Assembly (NCBI GenBank): GCA_040902605.1
Contig: JBBDWY010000040.1
Location: 274-64,273 of the forward strand
DNA: 64,000 nt
Reading direction: 5' to 3'
From: Pirellulales bacterium
GTDB taxonomy: Bacteria > Planctomycetota > Planctomycetia > Pirellulales > Lacipirellulaceae
The notes beneath the pieces were generated by a model. It made no database searches. It saw nothing but the letters and a program-made list of their open reading frames with translations, and was not told the origin of the DNA. Positions 1 through 7,460 of this stretch are shown here, piece by piece (positions within the stretch are counted from its first letter, which is position 1; each line of letters starts with the position of its first letter). The translations under genes and the position numbers were made by a program.

Positions 1-67
1 TGCCAAGGGCTCTCGCTATGATTCAGGTACTTAGGCTGGAATCAGGCGAAAGCCAGTTTTCAGACGG

Positions 68-102
68 CCCCGGCCGGTGTTCAAGCACCGACTGGGGTTT
101 TT
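68..102 (+). terminator. Rho-independent terminator-like hairpin closing an off-window upstream + strand transcript
   Basis: The stem CCCCGGCCGGTG / CACCGACTGGGG has 12 positions with one mismatch and one G-U. The loop is TTCAAG and TTTTT follows directly. Confidence 0.7.
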
Positions 103-162
103 CATTTCATGCCCTTATTGTAAACGCGCTCATATTATTTGTCCACCCATAAAATACACGAT

Positions 163-191
163 TTGACAAATTATTTGGGTGGTCATAAAAT
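163..191 (+). promoter_or_regulatory. Sigma70-type promoter (TTGACA-N17-TAAAAT) for the RHH gene, in leaderless geometry
   Basis: TTGACA lies at 163-168, followed by a 17-nt spacer and TAAAAT at 186-191. The ATG at 198 is 7 nt after the -10 hexamer. The 7-bp inverted repeat CCACCCA (143-149) / TGGGTGG (176-182) brackets the -35 box. CATAAAAT is directly repeated at 148-155 and 184-191. Confidence 0.6.
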
Positions 192-197
192 GACCCT

Positions 198-383
198 ATG
201 ACAGATACAAAACGTGGCAGGGGTAGGCCCGCGACTGGCCAAACCCCAAAGCGGTATTTCCGCATGGACGACGACGGATGGCAGGCTGTTGAGGCCGCCG
301 CCAAAGCCAAAAACGAGGACATTTCTAGCTATATCCGCCGCGTTCTGCTGGCCAACGCCAAGCGTCTTCTGGCACATAAATAA
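198..383 (+). CDS. Small ribbon-helix-helix (CopG/Arc-like) DNA-binding protein, putative
   Basis: This is a 61-aa ORF. A basic RGRGRP tract is followed by a strand-helix-helix pattern (KRYFRMDDDGWQAVEAAAKAKNEDISSYIRRVL). The call rests on pattern only. Confidence 0.6.
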   Translation: MTDTKRGRGRPATGQTPKRYFRMDDDGWQAVEAAAKAKNEDISSYIRRVLLANAKRLLAHK

Positions 384-521
384 GCGGAGAGCTGGGGTTT
401 CGATCCCGTCCGTTGCCGGACCCCTCCGGCAGCTTATAAGGCTGCTGCGCCACCAAGACGCGGGCGACTCTCCATGCCATCCCAGAAACGACGCTTTTTG
501 GAAGGTTCATTGACGCTCGAA

Positions 522-568
522 TTGCGTTTGCCTGCACAGTGTGGTAGAATTTGTAAATGGGCATTTAC
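522..568 (+). promoter_or_regulatory. Extended -10 promoter plus operator-like inverted repeat upstream of or overlapping the HTH-ImmA gene start
   Basis: TGgTAGAAT provides an extended -10, with TAGAAT at 545-550, and a weak -35 TTGCGT lies at 522-527. The ATG at 557 is again 7 nt after the -10. The inverted repeat GTAAAT-N4-ATTTAC spans 553-568. Confidence 0.5.
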
Positions 569-1708
569 GAACACGGAGGGATTATGCAAGACACGGTCAG
601 AATCGATTCTGTCGCCACGGTATCGGTGCGGCTTAAAGAAGCCCGCACCGCCGCAGGGCTCTCAACACGGGTGGTCGAATCGCTCGTGAAGAAGCGGTTT
701 CCGGGGCTTAGCGTGTCTCACGCTTCGATTGCCAATTTCGAGAAGGGAGCGGCTTCTCCAGGCATCGACGTGATCGGCGCGCTCGCGATGGTTTACGACC
801 GGCCGATCAATTGGTTCCTCACGGCCGGGCCGGCACTGACGGGAATCCGTTATCGATCCCTGTCGTCGAAAACCGGCGTCAAGGACCGGCATAAGTATGA
901 GGGGCAGGCCCAATATCTGCTTGAGGCTTATATCCGACTCGAACAGCGACTCGGCCAGCCGTTGAAAGCCACAAAGCGCCGCATTGACATTACATCAGAT
1001 ATGTCAGCGGAAGAGACCGCCGCATCTGTTCGACGGAAGTTCGATCTTCGCGATATTGACCCCGTTCCGAGTGTTATTGAGTTGTTGGAGCAACTCGGCA
1101 TCCGGACGATCGAAGTGCCAACGGAATTGAACATAGACGGGTTCGCCGCCAGATTTGGGGGAGAGCCGGTAATAGTGCTAAATCCGAGCACTGCTAATGA
1201 TCGGTGCAGGATCAACGCGTCACACGAGGGCGGGCACGTTGTTTTTGGGGATTGCGATTCTGGCGACACAACCACACGGGAAATGGACAATAAGGCATTC
1301 GAGTTTGCATGTCATTTATTGATACCAAAGTCTCAGCTCGCGAAAGCATTTGAGGGTCGCTCGGCTGTCCAGTTAGTACAATATAAAGAGCGATTCGGCA
1401 TCTCGATGGCGGCAATGATTTACCGTGCCGAAAAATCCGGGATTCTCGATGAGCGAACGACTAAACAGCTTTGGATTCAGTTCAGCCGCCGTGGTTGGCG
1501 CGCGAAAGAGCCGGGTCGAGTTCGAGCGGATCGAGCGTTTCGATTCGAGCGACTACTGGACAGCGCTATTTCGGAGAAGAGATTAAGCTGGAGTGAGGCT
1601 GAATCGGTGACTGGTGTATCAGCCGCAGAACTTAGGCGGCGCAGAGACCTCGCAATGGGAATCACTGACGAGGAGGAAGGGGGAGAGATATTCAGAATCA
1701 ACGAATGA
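557..1708 (+). CDS. XRE-family HTH fused to an ImmA/IrrE (COG2856) zinc metallopeptidase domain
   Basis: The N-terminal HTH reads GLSTRVVESLVKKRF...SHASIANFEKG. A peptidase HExxH motif lies in NASHEGGHVVFGD. An alternative start at ATG 584 is preceded by GGAGGG. Confidence 0.85.
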   Translation: MGIYEHGGIMQDTVRIDSVATVSVRLKEARTAAGLSTRVVESLVKKRFPGLSVSHASIANFEKGAASPGIDVIGALAMVYDRPINWFLTAGPALTGIRYRSLSSKTGVKDRHKYEGQAQYLLEAYIRLEQRLGQPLKATKRRIDITSDMSAEETAASVRRKFDLRDIDPVPSVIELLEQLGIRTIEVPTELNIDGFAARFGGEPVIVLNPSTANDRCRINASHEGGHVVFGDCDSGDTTTREMDNKAFEFACHLLIPKSQLAKAFEGRSAVQLVQYKERFGISMAAMIYRAEKSGILDERTTKQLWIQFSRRGWRAKEPGRVRADRAFRFERLLDSAISEKRLSWSEAESVTGVSAAELRRRRDLAMGITDEEEGGEIFRINE

Positions 1709-1723
1709 GCTAGTGCAATAGTA

Positions 1724-1750
1724 AAGGGCCGAGAATGTCTCTCGGCCCTT
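1724..1750 (+). terminator. Perfect 11-bp hairpin after the HTH-ImmA gene
   Basis: The stem AAGGGCCGAGA / TCTCGGCCCTT encloses a 5-nt loop. The T tract on the + strand is weak (TTAGTGTT), while the opposite strand has TTTACTATT. Confidence 0.6.
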
Positions 1751-1831
1751 AGTGTTCAGTCGCAGATTGTGCGGTGCTGATGGGTCGCCAAACCAAAATC
1801 AGTACCGTGCCCAGAACAAAGGTCATTCTAT

Positions 1832-2410
1832 ATGAGTGTTCCAAAAAAGCCAATACGGCTTACGCCGGAATTGGATCGTTTGTTAAGAGAGATTTATGCC
1901 CAGATTGGAGTACCGCGCGACCAATACAAGCGCCGCCCCAAAGATATGGCGCTACTTGGTTCGCGTTGGCGCAAGTTGTCGGGCCGCGACGATTCGCCGG
2001 AGGAACTTATCCGGTACATCAAGAACCAGCAGAAGGCAAAGTCACGCCTGCTGGCACGCGGGGAGGCTCCGTGGCCTACATTCAACGGCAGCCACAAGCG
2101 AGCGCCAGAGGCCGAGATCGTCCTCGACGACAAGCAGATGGAAGTCCTTCGCGGAATTTATGAAGCGATGGTTATTCCGCTCGGCATCGGTGTCGATCTT
2201 GTCGAGGCCGACACCAATCTGGTTGCGAAGCTTGCGAAGGCGTTTGCGAAGCTGACAGGCATGATCGTTTCCGGTCTGGCGCTCGTCTGCATCGCAGAAG
2301 AAAAGCGCAAGCGCGGATTGTGGTTCAAAGTTGGCCGCCACGGTTCCGGCGGCATTGGCTTCGATGATATGGACCAGATCGACAAAGTCGATGAGGATGA
2401 TCGCGCCTAA
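1832..2410 (+). CDS. Hypothetical protein (192 aa) with an internal two-fold repeat and an acidic C-terminal tail
   Basis: I recognise no family. The repeated motif is LDRLLREIYAQIGVP...KLSG versus MEVLRGIYEAMVIP...KLTG. The C-terminus reads DDMDQIDKVDEDDRA. A strong terminator follows the gene. Confidence 0.6.
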   Translation: MSVPKKPIRLTPELDRLLREIYAQIGVPRDQYKRRPKDMALLGSRWRKLSGRDDSPEELIRYIKNQQKAKSRLLARGEAPWPTFNGSHKRAPEAEIVLDDKQMEVLRGIYEAMVIPLGIGVDLVEADTNLVAKLAKAFAKLTGMIVSGLALVCIAEEKRKRGLWFKVGRHGSGGIGFDDMDQIDKVDEDDRA

Positions 2411-2435
2411 CGAGCCAGCCTCACGGATGAAACCC

Positions 2436-2477
2436 AAAGACCCCAGTGGCGAGCGGCCACGCGGGGTCTTTTTATTT
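2436..2477 (+). terminator. Rho-independent terminator
   Basis: An AAAGACCCC / GGGGTCTTT outer stem encloses an inner GTGGC / GCCAC stem, and TTTTTATTT follows. Confidence 0.8.
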
Positions 2478-2576
2478 CCGGCAGCTTGCACAACTGGCCA
2501 GACACATTATCGCGACCCACTACCGGATTTTTGGTCGTTTGCCGAATTGCCAAAAGTGTCGCCTAGAGTTGGCCAT

Positions 2577-5042
2577 TCAGTCCACATAAACGAATTCATT
2601 GAGGTTGAGCAGGGCCCGGCAGAATTCAGTGAGGCTTCGTTCGGATAACAAGCGCTCGCAAGCGGCGGATTCGGACTCATCTGGAAGGCGTTGCAGGGCG
2701 AGTTGGAAGGCACGTTGCACCTGCTGTTTCGGCTCTTCGCCGGCGTCGCCTACAATCCGCTCGGCGAACGCGTGCGCCGCTTCGACCGCCAGGGAGCTAT
2801 TAAGTAGCGTCAGCGCTTGGGGAGCGATGGTGGATACCTCTCGCCTCGCGCACGGGGTCGAGTTGTCTGGCAAGTCGAATGACTCCAGCAACGGAATGCG
2901 GGTGTTGCGCTTCTGCACGAGGAACAGGCTGCGGCAGTACTGCTCCTGCTTGGGCGAGGGGTACCAGCCTTTTGTCTTCTCCGGGTTGTCGTCGAGGAAG
3001 GCCGGATTCGAATGCAAGATCTCGGACGGCAGGTCCGGCCAGATGGGCGGCCCGCCGGTCTTCGCAGTCAGCAGACCGCTCACGAACAGCAGCGAGTCGC
3101 GAAGCTGTTCAGCGCTGAGCCGGCGCGGCGAACGCCGGGCGAAGTGTGCAGCCGTGAAGGTTGGAGCCTGCCGGTAGGTAGCGCTGGTAGCAATCCGCCG
3201 CACTAACTCTTTAACCGACCACCCGTTTTGCACAAATTCGCTGGCGAGCCAATCAAGTAACGCCGCATCTTGCGGTGGCTGGCCGGCCAACCCGAAATCG
3301 TTCGGGGTCCCCACCAAAGCGCTGCCCATCAGGTGCTGCCAAACGCGGTTTACGAGCACGCGCGATGTGAGCGGATTTTGCGGCGAGGCAATCCAATTTG
3401 CCAATACCAGCCGCCGGCCAGTCGTCTTGCCGTTAGTCGGCTTCGTGATTGTTGCCGGCTGCGGATCAAACACCGACAGGAAGCCGGGCTGCACTTCGTC
3501 GCGCGGCGATTTGTGCTCGCCCTGGAACAGGATCTGTGTCGCGGGGACGCTTGCGACGCTGTCCGTCATCAGCAGTCCATGTGAAAAGGAGCGCCGTTGC
3601 CGCTCGATGGCGTTGATTTGTTGCTGCAGCTGTTCGCGCCCGGGCTGATCCGCTTCTGGCAACGCGGCCAATTTTTTGCGGAGCGGCTTGGCCCCGTTCT
3701 CGAGGCGTTCATTGTGCTGTTTAATAGCCTCTTGATCGGCACTGAGATCAAGTGGCCGATCATCGGCGAACTGCATCGCCGCAAAGAACGCTCGCAAACG
3801 GTAGTGGTCCGCCTGGGAGAATGGATCGTGTTTATGGTCGTGACAACGACAGCAGTTCAGCGAGAGGCCGAGAAAGGCTGCGGCCGTCGTTTCCGTCACG
3901 TCGGCCATCAACTCGGCTCGGCTGCGATCTTGCTCGTCGAATAGCGGGGCCGCGTTGTCGTATGGGCCAAGCCTCAGGTAACCGGTGGCAATCAAACAGT
4001 CCTGCTCAGCCGGCGTCGTGGGCGGGCCTTCGAGCAATTCGTCGCCGGCAAGCTGCTCCCGGCTGAATTGGTCGAACGGTTTGTCGGCGTTGAAGGAGCG
4101 CACGACGTAGTCGCGAAAACGCCAAACGTGGGGACGAAACTCGTCCCAATCGAAGCCGTTGCTGTCGCTGTACCGCACGACGTCGAGCCACATCCGGGCA
4201 AAGTGTTCGCCGAAGCGTGGGCTGTCGAGTAGTTCGCTGACCAGTTCGGCAACCGCTTGGTCGGCCCCGTTTCTCTGCACGGACTTCTCGAAGTCGGCGA
4301 CTTGCTGCGGCGTGGGCGGCAAACCGGTCAAATCGAAATGCAATCGCCGCGCGAGCGTGCGTGGACCGGCCATCGCCGGCGGCAACACACCATTCTTCTC
4401 AAACCGATCAAGTATGAAACGATCAAGATCGTGCTTCGCCCAATCAGTTCGTTTCGTCTTCGGCACACCGGGCCGCTTCACCGGCTTGAGCGACCACAGA
4501 TCCAGCCGCTGGCCCCCGAAGAGCCGCACGATGGGGTTGCGAGAATCGGACCAGGCATCGCCAATCTGCTCGGTTGGAGCGGCGGACACACTGCTCGCCA
4601 CCGTCAACTCTTCTGGCCACGGCGCACCGTCACGTATCCAGCGTTCCAGGGTCGCGATATCCTTGCGAGACAGCTTTTCCTGCGGTGGCATTTCCACGAC
4701 CTTGTGAGTGCCCTTCACCGCCATGAGCAGCAATGACCGGTTCGGCTTGCCCGGCACGAGGGCCGGGCCGGAATCGCCTCCTTCCAAGGCGGCTTGGCGA
4801 GAATCAAGACGCAAGTTCCCTTCCGCCTTGTCCCGTCCATGGCAAGTGGTGCACCGCGAATCGAGCAGCGGTTTGACTTTCTCCAGGAACACCTGTGCCG
4901 TGTCGCTCGCGGTGGCGTCGACCGTATCGCGGGCCGCAAGAGTGTTCGCACCCACGGCTATTGCTACACCGACGATGAGACCAAGCGCAAGCTTTGCGCT
5001 GTGGCGTCCGCGGCCTGCCGAGCTATGGCCTGCACACGTCAT
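2577..5042 (-). CDS. PSCyt1 + DUF1549 (PSCyt2) + DUF1553 (PSD1) domain protein
   Basis: The N-terminus has a TM/signal segment and then a CxxCH motif (CTTCHG). The DUF1549 core reads RMWLDVVRYSDSNGF. A central CCRCHDHKHDP motif is present. The start overlaps the upstream DUF1501 stop by 4 nt (ATGA). Confidence 0.9.
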   Translation of the reverse strand: MTCAGHSSAGRGRHSAKLALGLIVGVAIAVGANTLAARDTVDATASDTAQVFLEKVKPLLDSRCTTCHGRDKAEGNLRLDSRQAALEGGDSGPALVPGKPNRSLLLMAVKGTHKVVEMPPQEKLSRKDIATLERWIRDGAPWPEELTVASSVSAAPTEQIGDAWSDSRNPIVRLFGGQRLDLWSLKPVKRPGVPKTKRTDWAKHDLDRFILDRFEKNGVLPPAMAGPRTLARRLHFDLTGLPPTPQQVADFEKSVQRNGADQAVAELVSELLDSPRFGEHFARMWLDVVRYSDSNGFDWDEFRPHVWRFRDYVVRSFNADKPFDQFSREQLAGDELLEGPPTTPAEQDCLIATGYLRLGPYDNAAPLFDEQDRSRAELMADVTETTAAAFLGLSLNCCRCHDHKHDPFSQADHYRLRAFFAAMQFADDRPLDLSADQEAIKQHNERLENGAKPLRKKLAALPEADQPGREQLQQQINAIERQRRSFSHGLLMTDSVASVPATQILFQGEHKSPRDEVQPGFLSVFDPQPATITKPTNGKTTGRRLVLANWIASPQNPLTSRVLVNRVWQHLMGSALVGTPNDFGLAGQPPQDAALLDWLASEFVQNGWSVKELVRRIATSATYRQAPTFTAAHFARRSPRRLSAEQLRDSLLFVSGLLTAKTGGPPIWPDLPSEILHSNPAFLDDNPEKTKGWYPSPKQEQYCRSLFLVQKRNTRIPLLESFDLPDNSTPCARREVSTIAPQALTLLNSSLAVEAAHAFAERIVGDAGEEPKQQVQRAFQLALQRLPDESESAACERLLSERSLTEFCRALLNLNEFVYVD

Positions 5043-6502
5043 GCGAGCACTCCCGGAATAATTTTCGCGCTCCCAGCCACCCCGGTGAGCCGTTCTTGGC
5101 GACCGTTCGCGTGGAAGGAGAGTTCATCGTTGTTTAAGCCCAGCGCCGCCAGGATTGTCGCGTGAAGATCACGGAAAGGAGTGGGCAGCTCCACGGCGAG
5201 GTAACCGACTTCATCGGTGGCTCCGATGCGTTGTCCCGGTTTCACGCCGCCGCCGGCAAGCCAGATCGTGAAGCCGGCCGCGTTGTGATTCCGGCCGCCG
5301 TCTCCCTGCAATAAGGGAGTGCGACCAAACTCGCTGGCCCAGATCACGAGGGTCTCGTCCAGCAAACCCCGCTGCTTTAAGTCGCCGAGCAGAGCCGCCA
5401 CTGGTTGATCGGTCCAACGAGCACGAGGCCTGTGATTATCCTCAAGCTTCGAGTGGGCGTCCCAACCGTCCTTGTCGGGCATGTCGTACACTTGCACGAA
5501 CCGCACTCCCTTCTCCACGAGCCGCCTTGCGAGCAGGCATTTGCGGCCGAAGCTGCGTGCCCGTTCATCCGGGTGCTGTAGACCATAGCTCCGCTTCGTG
5601 TGCTGCGTCTCTTGTTCCAGGTTGCCGACGTCCAAGGCGCTCGATTGCATTCGATAGGCCAGCTCGTAGCTTGCCAGCCGGGCATCGAGCTCCGTAAACC
5701 CCTGGCGTGTTTGGCGGTGCTGCAGATTCAGCTGGCGAATCAGGTCTAACGACGCCCGTTGCCCATCGGCAAATTCGTCGGGGGGGAGCAGATCGACGAC
5801 CGGCGTGCCTTGATCTCGTAAACGGGTGGGCTGAAATGCGGCCGGCAGAAATCCGTTCGAATAGTTACCCGCTCCGCCGAGCGGCCCGGCATCGAACAGC
5901 ACCACGTAGCCCGGCAGATCCTGGTTCTCAGAGCCCAGTCCATACGTCGTCCAGGAGCCAAGACTTGCCTTTCCAATGCGCACATCGCCGGTATGCAGCT
6001 GATAACTGGCCGGCGCATGGTTGTTTGATTCGGCCTGCATGGAATGAATGAAGCACAGCTCGTCGACGTGCTGCGCGAGGTGCGGAAACAACTCGCTGAT
6101 CCACATGCCGGACTCGCCGTATTGCGTCCACGAATAGGGACTGCCCAGTAACCTGTCGTCGCAGCCATGAGTGACGTGCGCGAACTTCGTCCGCTCGAGC
6201 GCCTGACGCAGGGACGGGGGCAAGGGCTGTCCGCTCAGCCGTTGAAGTTGAGGCTTGTAATCAAACGTGTCGACTTGCGACGGTCCGCCGACCAGAAACA
6301 AGAAGATCACCGATTTGGCTCGCGGCGGGAAATGCGGCGCCCGCGGAGCGAATGGTTGAAGCGGATCGATTACGGGCTGCGTTCTCACCCCAGCTGCGCG
6401 TAATTCCTCTCGCAACAGTGCTTCCAGAGCCAGCGTACCGAAGCCTGCTCCCAGCTGGTGCAGGAACCCGCGTCGTGAACATCCGCATTCAACTTGTTCC
6501 AT
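5039..6502 (-). CDS. DUF1501 domain protein (sulfatase/alkaline-phosphatase-like fold) with a twin-arginine signal
   Basis: A Tat-like SRRGFLHQLGAG motif is present. Conserved DUF1501 blocks include ESNNHAPA, RFVQVY, WDAH and SEFGRTP. It is paralogous to 13931-15346 and 36517-37992. Confidence 0.9.
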   Translation of the reverse strand: MEQVECGCSRRGFLHQLGAGFGTLALEALLREELRAAGVRTQPVIDPLQPFAPRAPHFPPRAKSVIFLFLVGGPSQVDTFDYKPQLQRLSGQPLPPSLRQALERTKFAHVTHGCDDRLLGSPYSWTQYGESGMWISELFPHLAQHVDELCFIHSMQAESNNHAPASYQLHTGDVRIGKASLGSWTTYGLGSENQDLPGYVVLFDAGPLGGAGNYSNGFLPAAFQPTRLRDQGTPVVDLLPPDEFADGQRASLDLIRQLNLQHRQTRQGFTELDARLASYELAYRMQSSALDVGNLEQETQHTKRSYGLQHPDERARSFGRKCLLARRLVEKGVRFVQVYDMPDKDGWDAHSKLEDNHRPRARWTDQPVAALLGDLKQRGLLDETLVIWASEFGRTPLLQGDGGRNHNAAGFTIWLAGGGVKPGQRIGATDEVGYLAVELPTPFRDLHATILAALGLNNDELSFHANGRQERLTGVAGSAKIIPGVLA

Positions 6503-6542
6503 CGTTCGCCTGAGCTACCACCAGTGAAATTGGAACCGCCGG

Positions 6543-7313
6543 TTACAATATATCACGATGCTCGGCCGCGACGAAGATTTCGGCAATGTGCATGACGCGG
6601 ATCGGCTTGCCGGCCACCTCGTGGCGCCCGCGCCGAATGAGGCCGTCGAGGTGCATCAGGCACGACATGTCGGTCGAAGTCAGCACCTCGGTGCCGGCCC
6701 GCTGGTGGTCGGCGATCCGGTCCAGGCCCATCATGCAGGATACGGCTTCCTCAGAGACGGCGAATAGCCCGCCGAAGCCGCAACATTCGTCCGGCCGTTC
6801 CAATTGGCTTATTTGAGTGCCGTCGAGCGACTCCAGCAATCGCCGGGGCTTATTGAATTCTGGACCGACCAATTCGCTGTCCGACGCGGTGCGGAGCTCG
6901 CGGAGCGCATGACAGCTATGGTGCAGGCCGACGCGGTGTGGAAAGCGGCCGGTGAGCCGATCGATCTTCAGCACATCGGTGAGGAACTCGCAGAGCTCGA
7001 ACGTCTTGTGCGCGACGCGGTGCAGCTCGGGGGAGGGGCCAAGGACCTGCTCGTAGTGATGCCGAACCATGGCCACGCAGCTACCGGACGGCGAGACGAT
7101 GTAATCGAAGTCGGCGAAGGTGCGGAGAAAGCGCTCCGCGAGCGGCCGGGCGTCGTCGTGCAAGCCGACGTTGGCCATCGGCTGGCCGCAGCAGGTTTGC
7201 TCCTCCGGGAATTCGACCGAGCAACCGAAACGCTCGAGAACTTCGACGGTTGCCAATCCGACCTGCGGATAGAACTGATCGATGTAACAGGGAATGAAGA
7301 GGCCGATGCGCAT
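6543..7313 (-). CDS. lutA: LutA-like (Fe-S)-binding / cysteine-rich CCG-domain oxidoreductase subunit
   Basis: The N-terminus MRIGLFIPCYIDQFYPQVGLATVEVLERFGCSVEFPEEQTCCGQPMAN is typical of LutA/GlcF-type CCG proteins. The ORF extends to 7376, but homology supports the ATG at 7313. Confidence 0.85.
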   Translation of the reverse strand: MRIGLFIPCYIDQFYPQVGLATVEVLERFGCSVEFPEEQTCCGQPMANVGLHDDARPLAERFLRTFADFDYIVSPSGSCVAMVRHHYEQVLGPSPELHRVAHKTFELCEFLTDVLKIDRLTGRFPHRVGLHHSCHALRELRTASDSELVGPEFNKPRRLLESLDGTQISQLERPDECCGFGGLFAVSEEAVSCMMGLDRIADHQRAGTEVLTSTDMSCLMHLDGLIRRGRHEVAGKPIRVMHIAEIFVAAEHRDIL

Positions 7314-7460
7314 GGAAAAGTAGGACGGACAATTCTGTCGGTCAGTTCGCGACCTTAGACGGACACGATTGTCCATCCTACGCTAGTGTCGGCATCGAAT
7401 CGCACGGTGTAAAGCGCCAGGACGTTGAATGCCTCGGTTCGGCAGAATACCATAAGCGGC

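Noticed and set aside
394-407. GGGGTTTCGATCCC, which resembles a tRNA T-arm. It could have marked a tRNA 3' fragment or att site next to the regulatory islet.
   Set aside because: The flanking bases do not form a 5-bp T-stem, since only 3 bp are possible. There is no acceptor stem or CCA context. I also found no matching direct repeat near 2411-2576.
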